Source: Deltaproteobacteria bacterium
GTDB lineage: Bacteria > Desulfobacterota > Syntrophia > Syntrophales > Smithellaceae
Assembly: GCA_036528635.1 (NCBI GenBank)
Contig: JAIGNE010000024.1
Coordinates: forward strand, 133,079-197,078
Length of the DNA stretch: 64,000 bases
Direction: 5' to 3'
The notes under the pieces were generated by a model, which saw nothing but the letters and a program-made list of their open reading frames with translations, did not search any database and had not been told where the DNA came from. Shown here in pieces: positions 37,834 through 51,033 of the stretch (its first letter is position 1; every line of letters begins with the position of its first letter). A program made the position numbers and the translations under genes.

Positions 37834-38142
37834 TTCAATTCCTGCAGGTAGATTGTTGAAGAACCTTTCGCGAGCTAACCTGTTTTATATAAAATAAAGG
37901 CGCCCAAAACACAATATGAAAATGCCCAAACCGTCAAAAAATAAGCACTCGCGCCGGCAAACCATCATGTCCGTCATAAAATTAGCAGTTTCTTAAATAA
38001 ATATGTTGTTTATCTTAAGTATTTCATTTTTTTGCCGAATAAAAGAATGAAATAACGTAAATCTTGCAATGTCTTCGCTGTCTGAGTAAATGATGGTCGA
38101 GTAATAAAAATGGCAAATGATGACGGAATTCTAAAGAATGGT

Positions 38143-38158
38143 TGGCATAAGGATTGCT
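38143..38158 (+). promoter_or_regulatory. sigma-54 promoter of the che operon
   Basis: TGGCATAAGGATTGCT is a near-perfect match to TGGCAC-N5-TTGCW. It lies 113 nt upstream of the cheR ATG and faces away from the NtrC-type activator gene. Confidence 0.75.
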
Positions 38159-38270
38159 GTTATTCATCAAAAATGCGGTCTGAATACCGCTTACCTGTGC
38201 CGGGCAGTCAATAAACGTGAGGGCCGTAATTATTCCGGTCGTGAAAATAACGCTATAGAGTGTATAATTC

Positions 38271-39104
38271 ATGTCCATAAACACTTTCGAACTGAAAAGC
38301 AGTGATTTTGAGAAAATCAGCCGTCTTGTTTATGAACAATGCGGTATCTATCTGCATGAAGGAAAGAAAGAACTGGTCAAAGCGCGGCTGAGTAAAAGAC
38401 TCCGGGCGGGCAGCTATAAATCCTTTACGGATTATTATCATTACGTGACAACGGAGGAAGGCACAGATGAATTAATTTCCATGATTGACTCCATATCGAC
38501 CAATTTAACCTCTTTTTTTCGCGAAGAGTCCCATTTTGTAAGGCTGCGTCATATTATTCTATCGGCAATCGAAAAATCAGACCACCGCGGATCTAAAAAC
38601 AGTTTCAAAATCTGGTCTGCGGGATGCTCAACCGGAGAAGAGCCTTATACATTAGCCATAACAGTCAAGGAAACCACCGGTCACCATCCTTTTGAAGCAT
38701 CCATCCTGGCGACGGATATTTCGACGAAGGTCTTGAAGATTGCCGAGGCCGGCATTTACGCACAGGAAAAAACCAAAGGGATCGCACCGGACATTTTAAA
38801 AAGATTTTTTCAGGTGGGAACGGGTCAATCCGCAGGTTATGTCCGCGTTAAAAACGAAATTAAAAAAATGATTTCCTTTCAGCGGTTCAACCTGATGGAT
38901 CGGTTTCATGCTCATAATGATTTCGATGTTATTTTCTGCCGTAATGTCATGATCTATTTTGATAAAAAAACCCAAAATCTTCTGGTGAACAAATTTTATG
39001 ACTCTTTGAAAAGCGGCGGTTACTTTTTTGTCGGTCATTCGGAAAGTCTGACCGGGTTGAAGCATCAATTTAACTATGTTGAACCGAGCGTTTATGTGAA
39101 ATAA
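38271..39104 (+). CDS. cheR: chemotaxis protein methyltransferase
   Basis: CheR N-terminal helical domain plus a SAM-binding domain (IWSAGCSTGEEPYTLA..DVIFCRNVMIYFD). Confidence 0.92.
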   Translation: MSINTFELKSSDFEKISRLVYEQCGIYLHEGKKELVKARLSKRLRAGSYKSFTDYYHYVTTEEGTDELISMIDSISTNLTSFFREESHFVRLRHIILSAIEKSDHRGSKNSFKIWSAGCSTGEEPYTLAITVKETTGHHPFEASILATDISTKVLKIAEAGIYAQEKTKGIAPDILKRFFQVGTGQSAGYVRVKNEIKKMISFQRFNLMDRFHAHNDFDVIFCRNVMIYFDKKTQNLLVNKFYDSLKSGGYFFVGHSESLTGLKHQFNYVEPSVYVK

Positions 39105-39107
39105 CTT

Positions 39108-39590
39108 ATGAGTGATTTAATAGTTGGCATATCCGATATCAAGATCAGCAACAATTTAAATGACATGATTATTACCTATGCCCTGGGCTCCTGTATCGGC
39201 ATTTCCGTGTATGATCCGATCGCCAGGGTGGGAGGTTTGTTGCATTATATGCTGCCGGATTCCGCTTTGGATGATAAAAAAGCGAAAGAGAATCCCCCAA
39301 TGTTCGCTGATACAGGCATTCCAGTGTTGTTTAAGTCCTGTTATGCCCTGGGGGCGGAAAAAAAGCGGATGGTTGTCAAGGTAGCCGGTGGCGCCAGCAT
39401 ACTCGATGATACCAATTTTTTCCGTATCGGTCAGAAAAATATCATGGCCATGAGAAAGATCTTCTGGAAAAATAACGTTATGATTACAGCCGAAGATACC
39501 GGTGCAAACCACAACAGAACGGTACGTCTGGAAATGGCTACGGGCAAAACATATGTCCGAACCTCTGGAGGTGAAATGAAGGAACTATGA
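39108..39590 (+). CDS. cheD: chemoreceptor glutamine deamidase
   Basis: YALGSCIGISVYDP..VGGLLHYMLP..GGASIL..IGQKNI are typical CheD motifs. Confidence 0.9.
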   Translation: MSDLIVGISDIKISNNLNDMIITYALGSCIGISVYDPIARVGGLLHYMLPDSALDDKKAKENPPMFADTGIPVLFKSCYALGAEKKRMVVKVAGGASILDDTNFFRIGQKNIMAMRKIFWKNNVMITAEDTGANHNRTVRLEMATGKTYVRTSGGEMKEL

Positions 39591-40438
39591 AAGCAATCAA
39601 CCGTATCCTCAAATCCATTGAAACAATTCCGGCATTTCCCGCGACCGGCAATAAGGTCGCCCAGTTGCTCAGCAAACCCGACTACTCCGTATTACAGGTT
39701 GCCAATATCATCAAATATGATCCTTCCATTACAGCCAACATCCTGAAGATGGCCAACTCAGCCTATTTTGGCTCTCAGCATAAAATCAGTACCATCAACG
39801 ATGCGGTCATGTATCTGGGGCAGAAAAACCTTTTGCGCGCTATTCAAACGGCGGGCATCTCCAAATATTACAAAAAAGGGTCATCCGGTTACTTTGATAG
39901 TGCGACCGATTTATGGGAACATTCCGTTGCCGTGGCCCTGATGTCGCAGATCCTGTCCAAAAAAATTACGGGAGATGAGAATACGACGCTTTATACGGCG
40001 TCGCTTCTCCATGACGTGGGCAAAATCATCATGGGTGAATTTGTCCGCGATGAATTAAAAAAAATCACGTTTCTCGTTGCAGAGCACCAGATGTCGTTTT
40101 TAGAAGCTGAAGAAGCCATCCTGGGCATCAATCACGCCGAACTGGGCGGAAAGATCGCCGAACACTGGAATTTCCCGATCGAAATCCGCGACGCCATTTC
40201 TTTTCATCACCGGCCGGATCTGCTGGAAAAGGAAGATAAAATCATGCCATGGATTGTTTACATGGCGGACGAGGCTTGTCTGATGATGGGGATCGGCAGT
40301 TCTGTCGAAGGTTTGGCTCAGCGGGCGGTCGGCGAACTGCTCAAGAAATTCAACTTGAGAATGAGAGATCTGGAAAAAAGTATGGTGATGCTTTCAGATG
40401 ATCTGAACAATGCCAGAGATCTTGTTAATATTATATAG
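39587..40438 (+). CDS. HDOD domain protein
   Basis: IPAFPATGNKVAQLL..IIKYDPSITANILKMANSAYFG..INDAVMYLG..HDVGK. It overlaps cheD by 4 nt. Confidence 0.85.
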   Translation: MKAINRILKSIETIPAFPATGNKVAQLLSKPDYSVLQVANIIKYDPSITANILKMANSAYFGSQHKISTINDAVMYLGQKNLLRAIQTAGISKYYKKGSSGYFDSATDLWEHSVAVALMSQILSKKITGDENTTLYTASLLHDVGKIIMGEFVRDELKKITFLVAEHQMSFLEAEEAILGINHAELGGKIAEHWNFPIEIRDAISFHHRPDLLEKEDKIMPWIVYMADEACLMMGIGSSVEGLAQRAVGELLKKFNLRMRDLEKSMVMLSDDLNNARDLVNII

Positions 40439-40837
40439 CCAGGAAAGGTATAAACCCTATGTCATTCAATGTGTTAATAGTGGATGATTCCAGTTCCATC
40501 CGGGCGGTCGTTAAGAAGATCGTAACGCTATCCGGCTTCCAGATGGACAAGTGTATTGAAGCAAGCAACGGAAGGCAGGCGATGGAATTGCTCGCTGACA
40601 ACTGGGTTGATGTGATTATTTCAGATATCAATATGCCGGAAATCAATGGCCTGGAGTTACTGGATCTTCTGGCCCAAAATGAAACATTGAAGGAAATCCC
40701 GGTGATTATGATTACAACGGAGGGTTCTGACCAGCGCATGAAGGAAGCGTTTGCGCGGGGGGCGAAGGGTTTTATCAAGAAACCTTTTTTGCCGGAAGAA
40801 ATCAGGAAGGTACTTTACGAAGTCATAGGAGTTGGAC

Positions 40838-44593
<3,756 letters not shown>

Positions 44594-44641
44594 TTGAAAA
44601 TCATTTCAAGGAAGAAGATAAACATAAGGTGAGGTTATATT

Positions 44642-45031
44642 ATGAATGAAAAAAATATCAAGGTTTTGATTGTTGATGATTTTGCTACAATGAGAAAAGT
44701 AGTCCGCAATCTGTTAAAACAAGTAGGCTATGAAGATATTGTGGAAGCGGAAGACGGCGTCATGGCCCTCAAAGCGCTTAAGTCTCAGAAGATTGATGTT
44801 ATTGTCTCCGACTGGAACATGCCGAATATGACAGGGCTGGAATTACTCAAGGCCGTCCGCGCAGACGCGGATCTGGCCAAAACGCCTTTTCTGATGGTTA
44901 CGGCCGAAGCGCTTCAGGATAATGTTGTCGCGGCCGTCAAGGCGGGAGTTAATAATTACATCGTCAAACCTTTCACGGCAGAAGTACTGAACGAAAAAAT
45001 AAAGAAAATCATGGACGGCATTAATAAATAA
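44642..45031 (+). CDS. cheY: chemotaxis response regulator
   Basis: 129 aa with VLIVDDFATMRK..DVIVSDWNMPNMTGLELL..MVTAEA..NYIVKPF. This is a canonical CheY. Confidence 0.93.
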   Translation: MNEKNIKVLIVDDFATMRKVVRNLLKQVGYEDIVEAEDGVMALKALKSQKIDVIVSDWNMPNMTGLELLKAVRADADLAKTPFLMVTAEALQDNVVAAVKAGVNNYIVKPFTAEVLNEKIKKIMDGINK

Positions 45032-45066
45032 TTATAAATCGAGAAAACAATGAGGAAAGGGAATCC

Positions 45067-45528
45067 ATGAACGTAAAATTTATTAATCCTTTTTTAGAGG
45101 GAACCATCAGTGTATTAAAGACCATGGCTTTTGTGGAACCGCGCGCAGGAAAGCCATATCTGAAAATAGATAATCTGGCGAAAGGGGATATATCCGGCAT
45201 TATCGGTTTGACCGGATCGGCAACCGGTTCCCTGGCTTTAAGCTTCAGCGAAGAGGCAATTTTGAAAATTGTTTCCAATATGCTCGGAGAAAATATTAAG
45301 AGCTTGAATGGCGACATCAAAGATGCCGTCGGTGAAATTACCAACATGATTTCCGGCGTAGCCCGAAAAAATCTGGAAGCTGAAGGCTTTTATATTCAGG
45401 CTGCCATTCCCACGGTGGTTTCCGGAAAGAATCATTCCATTACGCACGTCATGGGCGGGCCCAGCTTAATCATCCCCTTTGAAATTGACGAAGGAACCTT
45501 TGTCGTGGACGTGTGCCTGTCAGAATAA
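45067..45528 (+). CDS. cheX: CheY-P phosphatase CheX
   Basis: MNVKFINPFLEGTISVLKTM.. with the ExxN motif in GEITNMISG. 153 aa. Confidence 0.85.
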   Translation: MNVKFINPFLEGTISVLKTMAFVEPRAGKPYLKIDNLAKGDISGIIGLTGSATGSLALSFSEEAILKIVSNMLGENIKSLNGDIKDAVGEITNMISGVARKNLEAEGFYIQAAIPTVVSGKNHSITHVMGGPSLIIPFEIDEGTFVVDVCLSE

Positions 45529-45665
45529 AGGGCTCCTTTTTATATCACACCGGCTTTGTAATCATTCTCGTTACGATCCTCAAAAGGGATCAGACGATAA
45601 CGCATAAATTGCGCATGGTCGTCTTTTCCAGCCGCTGCAAAATTATCACAGGATTTATGACGGAA

Positions 45666-46496
45666 TTAATTTTGCTGGGGCTGCAAAACAATAATGCTGA
45701 TCCGGCGGTTTCGCTGATCGCGAGGATCCAGGGGCAGCAGTAATTCCTGATCGGCATAACCGACAACGCGGGCAATGCGCACCGGATCAGTCCCGAATTC
45801 TTCCAGGGCGCGACGCGCGGCAGAAGCGCGATCAGTGGACAGCTCCCAGTTGGTGGTTTGATCACCCCGAAACGGCGCTGCGTCGGTATGGCCTTCTACC
45901 ACTACTTTCCCGGGTATTTCATTGATGTTTTCAGACACAAGCTTGAGTATTTCCCTGGCCCTGGGGGTGGGTGCTGCCGATCCCAGAGGGAACATCATGG
46001 AACCCTCCGTGTCAATCACCTGGATGCGAATGCCGCCTTCAATCACATCCACGAGGATTTGATCCCGTACACCGGCCATTTTATCGTCAATGGAAGCTCG
46101 TATTTTTTTTACCGTCTCTTCATCGCCCGCACTGAGATTCTTTTTGGCTTTTTTCATCCCGAATTCGATGGCCCCTTTTCCGCGTGAATTGCTGTAAGGC
46201 GCCTTGAGAGATTCATGACCGGCTTCATTTAAGAACTTTGGATCGGTTACCTTGGAGTCCTTCATGGTGACGGCCGATGAACCACTTTCCTGAAAGACGC
46301 TGTATCGGCGGAAGTACTCGGAGAGTGCCGCTCTCTTTTCCTCAGAAACCATGCTCAAAAGCCATAAAAGAAGAAAGAAAGCCATCATGGCGGTCACAAA
46401 ATCTGCATAGGCAACTTTCCAGGAACCGCCATGAGCGCCGCCGGCTTGCTTCTTTTTTACTTTTTTGATGATGATTTGCTGATGCCGTTCTTCCAT
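45666..46496 (-). CDS. motB: flagellar motor stator protein MotB (OmpA-like C-terminus)
   Basis: N-terminal GSWKVAYADFVTAMMAFFLLLW (the plug/TM region with the conserved Asp) and a C-terminal OmpA-like domain (VEGHTDA..NWELSTDRA). It lies downstream of motA. Confidence 0.9.
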   Translation of the reverse strand: MEERHQQIIIKKVKKKQAGGAHGGSWKVAYADFVTAMMAFFLLLWLLSMVSEEKRAALSEYFRRYSVFQESGSSAVTMKDSKVTDPKFLNEAGHESLKAPYSNSRGKGAIEFGMKKAKKNLSAGDEETVKKIRASIDDKMAGVRDQILVDVIEGGIRIQVIDTEGSMMFPLGSAAPTPRAREILKLVSENINEIPGKVVVEGHTDAAPFRGDQTTNWELSTDRASAARRALEEFGTDPVRIARVVGYADQELLLPLDPRDQRNRRISIIVLQPQQN

Positions 46497-46536
46497 TTAC
46501 TTATTGCTTTCCTAAACAGTATTCCAGAGATTGAGT

Positions 46537-47397
46537 TTATTTTTTGGCCGCGCGCAGAGCATCTTCCATTTCCAAAAAGGAGGGTTTTGCCTCGACAGGA
46601 ACAACACGCCGGCCGAATTCTACAGCGACTTTCGGTGCTGCACCGCCGCCGATAAAGGCCAGGAGCGCCACCTTGATGACATTAAGATATTGTAAGTCTT
46701 CGTTGGCGATAAATTCCATGTTCTTGGCCATCGGCCCCACGTAACCATAGCAAAGTAGAACGCCGGTAAATGTTCCGACCAGTGCGGCGCCAATGCTGGC
46801 CCCCAGCACTTCGGGAGGTTCCTTGATCTTACCCATTGTTAAAACAACGCCCATAACAGCGGCGACGATGCCCAGACCCGGCAATCCGTCAGCGATCGTG
46901 CTGACACTGTGGGCAGGCGCCATGGCTTCCTCGTGATGCGCTTCCAGTTCCTGATCAATCAGGGCTTCCAGTTCATGGGGAGCGATGGTCGTCGTCATGA
47001 CTGTGCGCAGTGTGTCCGTAATCAGACTGACAGCCGCGTGGTTTTTCAGAACTTTCGGATAATTTGCAAAAAGAGGACTTTGTTCGGGTGCGTCCACATC
47101 CGATTCGATGGAAACCAGACCCTGCTGGCGGATTTTATAGAATATGCCGTTAATCATCAGGAGAACTTCAATATAATCCTGCTTCGTGTAAGGTTTATTC
47201 GTGAAAATACGCGTAATAGAAACCCCGACTGCCTTAATCACTTTCATGGGAGATGCTATGATGAAACCGCCAAAGGCGGCGCCGCCGATAATCATCAGCT
47301 CCACGGGCTGAAAGATGACGGACAAATTACCGCCTTCAAGGAGATAACCACCGATCACCGCGACTGTAACAATGACAAAACCGATAATAGCAATCAT
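46537..47397 (-). CDS. motA: flagellar motor stator protein MotA
   Basis: 286 aa with 4 TM helices and a MotA/TolQ/ExbB channel signature (GLPGLGIVAAVMGVV..GAALVGTFTGVLL). Confidence 0.9.
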   Translation of the reverse strand: MIAIIGFVIVTVAVIGGYLLEGGNLSVIFQPVELMIIGGAAFGGFIIASPMKVIKAVGVSITRIFTNKPYTKQDYIEVLLMINGIFYKIRQQGLVSIESDVDAPEQSPLFANYPKVLKNHAAVSLITDTLRTVMTTTIAPHELEALIDQELEAHHEEAMAPAHSVSTIADGLPGLGIVAAVMGVVLTMGKIKEPPEVLGASIGAALVGTFTGVLLCYGYVGPMAKNMEFIANEDLQYLNVIKVALLAFIGGGAAPKVAVEFGRRVVPVEAKPSFLEMEDALRAAKK

Positions 47398-47409
47398 TCG
47401 TTCAGGGAC

Positions 47410-47949
47410 TTACCTCCTTTTTTCACGCAGGATTTCCCTCTCCGTCTCAAAAACAAAGCGAATAATTTCATCCCGGACAAAATCATCAATATTGACGAAT
47501 TGGACGGAGGTGTCATATTCGTCATGATGGATGGTCACCTCGATAACTTCACCGTATAAAAAAAGCGCAGTGGGTGTCTTCAACCCCAGCATGGCTTTAA
47601 TTTCGAGAACGTCTCCGGGGGAAAAGGATTCCCCGGTATTCAGGCTCATACCGCCTCCGCTGATGTTCACCTTGGCGATGTTCAGATGATCAAAACCGTC
47701 ATGCTGAAGCGTCATCATGCGGATGATTTCGTCCAGTTTAGCATTAATAGACTGAAGCCATTGCGCAATCAATTGATCGTCAGGATTGGGTAAATTCTTG
47801 AACTCCGCGAGAATGGATTCGCCGGCTATCCGGGAGCGCAACGTATCTCTGCGCAGCGGATTGACAAGTCTGTATTCTATCGGAATATAGACATCTACCC
47901 GTGAGTATTCTCTTTTATCGTCAGTATCGTACATTTTTATGTCACTCAT
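47410..47949 (-). CDS. PilZ domain protein (putative c-di-GMP receptor) co-oriented with motAB
   Basis: Both c-di-GMP binding motifs are intact: RxxxR (REYSR, residues 13-17) and [D/N]xSxxG (NISGGG). Confidence 0.8.
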   Translation of the reverse strand: MSDIKMYDTDDKREYSRVDVYIPIEYRLVNPLRRDTLRSRIAGESILAEFKNLPNPDDQLIAQWLQSINAKLDEIIRMMTLQHDGFDHLNIAKVNISGGGMSLNTGESFSPGDVLEIKAMLGLKTPTALFLYGEVIEVTIHHDEYDTSVQFVNIDDFVRDEIIRFVFETEREILREKRR

Positions 47950-47983
47950 GAGCGATTCCCCGGAAATTTTTTTCTAAAGATAA

Positions 47984-47999
47984 TGCAAACCAGATGCCA
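47984..47999 (-). promoter_or_regulatory. sigma-54 promoter of the PilZ-motA-motB operon
   Basis: The minus strand reads TGGCATCTGGTTTGCA (the plus strand reads tgcaaaccagatgcca). It lies about 35 nt upstream of the PilZ ATG at 47949, which has a GGGGAA Shine-Dalgarno. Confidence 0.7.
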
Positions 48000-48191
48000 T
48001 GGTAGTGAAATATCATCAAGCAGACAGGCAGCGGATTTTCACCAGGATTATTCTTTTCCAAAGTATCTATATCGACAAAATCGTCAATATCTTGACTCAA
48101 AAGCTGACTAATTGACAGAAAATCAACCGGGAAAAGTTCAACGGTCGAAATATTCACTATCTTTGTATTTGAATATATTAAATAAATCTTA

Positions 48192-48207
48192 TGGTATGCA
48201 AATTGCT
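48192..48207 (+). promoter_or_regulatory. sigma-54 promoter of the SPOR/TPR-kinase-activator operon
   Basis: TGGTATGCAAATTGCT, 40 nt upstream of the ATG at 48247. Confidence 0.7.
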
Positions 48208-48246
48208 TTTCTCAATAAAAAAATATGTTGCCGCGCGCGCTGAGCA

Positions 48247-51015
48247 ATGAAAATGAAATATTCAAAAAACGTTTGCTTAAAAAATAATTATATATTTTTT
48301 GCAATACTAGTCGTGACTCTGTTGTGGGTCGCTCCGGTCAGTGCAAAAATATATTCGATTCATTTTGCATCCTACAAGACAGCGGGGCAGGCGGAAATAG
48401 AATTAAACGGGCTGCGGTCGCGGGGTTACGCAGCTTTCGTGCGTGAAGCCGATGTTGCCGGGAGCGGTAAATGGTATCGCGTATACGCCGGACAATATGA
48501 AACCAGACGGCAGGCTGCGGAGGCTGCATCCGCAATGAAGCGAAAGCAGGAAATCGATCAGATTTTTATTCATTCTTTCGATGAGAAAAAACCGCAGACT
48601 GTTTTGGAAAAAGTCCGGCAGACCGAATCTGCCAGCGCGGTTTCTCCACCTTCCAAAATAGTCATTATCGGAAATAAAACATCCAAACGTTATCATTTGC
48701 CCGGAATGCCCTTTTACAGCAAGGTCAAAAAGCATCACAGAATTATATTTTCTTCCGAACAGGAAGCCGTTAATCAGGGCTATTATAAAGCAGGGACAGG
48801 TGCGGCTGGCGCTTACCCGATCAGACAGCAAAAACAAGAGGATGACGTGAAAGGAACCGTAGGCAAGCTATTGACTGAAAAGCAGGGTCAAAAGCTTACC
48901 GAAGATGACGTCACGGCGAGGAAGAAAAAGGAAGCCTTTGTAAAACTCATGAAAGGCAACGAAAAAATAATGCCTGCACCTGTGATATTAGCCGATATTG
49001 ATAAGACAACCGAGGACGTATTCAAAGAGCCGGACGAGAGAGAAATATCAGAACCGAATTCCGATTCTGCCCTGTATAATAAAGCGTTGGATGAGCTTAA
49101 AGAAAAAAAGTATGAGCAGGCTCTGGTAACTTTTAAGGAATTCATCAGCCGCGAAGATACCGGCAAGGAATGGGGGCAGCGGGCATTGCGTCATATGGCA
49201 GACTGTCACTATTACCTTGGAAAGCAAGGCCGCAAAGAGAATCTGTTGATTGCTGCGGAATTCTACAAAAACACTCTGGAGAGTTTTCCGGATCCGCGAA
49301 AGGAAAACGCACTGACCTACTACCGATTGGCAAGAACCTACGAGCATCTTAAATACTATCCCGAAGCCATTAAACAATATCAGAATCTTACTGCAAAATA
49401 CCCCGATTCTGCCTATGGGCCGGAAGCCTATTACAAGATCGGCGATATTTATTATCAGGACGGTAAATATAGCCAGGCGGCGGAAAGTCTGATCCGATAC
49501 TTGATGAAATATCGTGGAAAAGTAAACGGCAAGAAATCTTTTTACTTAATCGCACACGCCTTTTATAAAGGAAAACAATCAACCAATGCGGAAATATGGT
49601 TTCGCGACGCCCGGAAGAAATGGCCTGATTTGACGGATATGCCGAAAGACCTCATACTGGATTATGGTCTTCATAAAGTATCCCTAAGACGTTATGACGA
49701 AGCCGTTGAAGCCTTTTCTTTTTATGTCAACCTCTATCCGAATGACGAAAAAATAAAGAACGTACTCATGCTTCTGGCAAAGGCCTATGAGGACGCCAAT
49801 CAACAGGCTCCGGCCCTGGCTGTTTACAGCCACATGATCGACAAATATCCCAATACCAAAGAAGCTGATGAAAGCATGCTGGCTATGGCGACTCTAGGTG
49901 TGGAGAAGCCGGGGATCAAAGTTTTTCGCTTTTTGCGTCATATTCAATTCTACAGAGATCCGATGGGTACGTACGACACCTTGATCATGAAAAATGCCAC
50001 GGGCGATGTCGGTGAAGAAGCCATGCTGCAAAAGGCGGCGGCTTTAGTCAGGAAAGGGCAGGGCCGGAAAGCGGCTGATGTTTACCTGGAGTTTTTGAAG
50101 CTGCATCCTGAAAGCAAAAGGGTCGCGGATGCGGCCAGGGGCCTGAAAACAGCGTCTGCGGCGCTGATCGATGAATACTATGCCAAGAAGGATTACCTGG
50201 CGGTTGCTTATGTTTATTTTAAATCTTTCGGCGCAGTGAGCCTCCAGGCGGACGAATATCCCCAGGTCAACAAAATAGCGCTCAGTTTGAAAGAGTTGGG
50301 TTTCATCGACGATTATGTAAGTATCCTGAACCGATACCTGAAAGTGGCTGCTGATGAAACCATCATCAATAAAGTATCACTGGATATTGCAGAGGGTCTG
50401 ATCATCCGCGGAAAATATGATAACGCTCAAATGATTCTCGCGACGCTCGCGGCCAGACCATCCGTTAAAAAGAGCTTACCCCTGGCGGCCGGGATACAGA
50501 AAAATTTGGCGGAGATCGCCTACCGCAGGCAGGCGTATGATCAAGCGGTTAACAATTATGATGCCGTTGTCCGATCCGGTCAGGAAATTTCCGACCCGGG
50601 GCGAATCTATGCCAATTATGCCCGTTCGCTCGAAGCCCAAAAACAAAATGATCGGGCTTTGCAAAATTATCTGACGGCAGTGAAGTATCTCAGTGAACAA
50701 AAGCATGAAAAAGTTAATGCCGGGATCGCCTACAAGGAAATCGGAGATTTGTACTTAAGCAGAGACAATCTGGCAGGCGGGCTGGATATGTATGGTAAAT
50801 CACTTGCGTCGGCAACCGATGAAGAATTGAAATTCTGGTCTCAGTTTCTTGTAGGTAAAACTTACCTGAGGATGAATAAGAATGATCAGGCGCAAAACAT
50901 ATTTGCGCAGATGAAAGCCGCTGCCGGCGCCGAGGGTTTCTGGACCAAGGTAGTGGATTTCTACGAGGCGGATGCCAAATGGTGGAATAAATACGGAGAT
51001 TCGGTAAAAAAATAA
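48247..51015 (+). CDS. large exported SPOR-domain / TPR-repeat protein
   Basis: A signal/anchor sequence (NYIFFAILVVTLLWVAPVSA) is followed by a SPOR domain (YSIHFASYKTAGQAEIELNGLRSRGYAAFV..WYRVYAGQY). A short KRYHLPGMPFYSKV..FSSEQEAVNQGYYKAG module resembles a Cys-less Ada/sunset-type motif. About 600 aa of TPR-like repeats follow. Confidence 0.8.
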   Translation: MKMKYSKNVCLKNNYIFFAILVVTLLWVAPVSAKIYSIHFASYKTAGQAEIELNGLRSRGYAAFVREADVAGSGKWYRVYAGQYETRRQAAEAASAMKRKQEIDQIFIHSFDEKKPQTVLEKVRQTESASAVSPPSKIVIIGNKTSKRYHLPGMPFYSKVKKHHRIIFSSEQEAVNQGYYKAGTGAAGAYPIRQQKQEDDVKGTVGKLLTEKQGQKLTEDDVTARKKKEAFVKLMKGNEKIMPAPVILADIDKTTEDVFKEPDEREISEPNSDSALYNKALDELKEKKYEQALVTFKEFISREDTGKEWGQRALRHMADCHYYLGKQGRKENLLIAAEFYKNTLESFPDPRKENALTYYRLARTYEHLKYYPEAIKQYQNLTAKYPDSAYGPEAYYKIGDIYYQDGKYSQAAESLIRYLMKYRGKVNGKKSFYLIAHAFYKGKQSTNAEIWFRDARKKWPDLTDMPKDLILDYGLHKVSLRRYDEAVEAFSFYVNLYPNDEKIKNVLMLLAKAYEDANQQAPALAVYSHMIDKYPNTKEADESMLAMATLGVEKPGIKVFRFLRHIQFYRDPMGTYDTLIMKNATGDVGEEAMLQKAAALVRKGQGRKAADVYLEFLKLHPESKRVADAARGLKTASAALIDEYYAKKDYLAVAYVYFKSFGAVSLQADEYPQVNKIALSLKELGFIDDYVSILNRYLKVAADETIINKVSLDIAEGLIIRGKYDNAQMILATLAARPSVKKSLPLAAGIQKNLAEIAYRRQAYDQAVNNYDAVVRSGQEISDPGRIYANYARSLEAQKQNDRALQNYLTAVKYLSEQKHEKVNAGIAYKEIGDLYLSRDNLAGGLDMYGKSLASATDEELKFWSQFLVGKTYLRMNKNDQAQNIFAQMKAAAGAEGFWTKVVDFYEADAKWWNKYGDSVKK

Positions 51016-51033
51016 GGATGACGGGATAACGGC

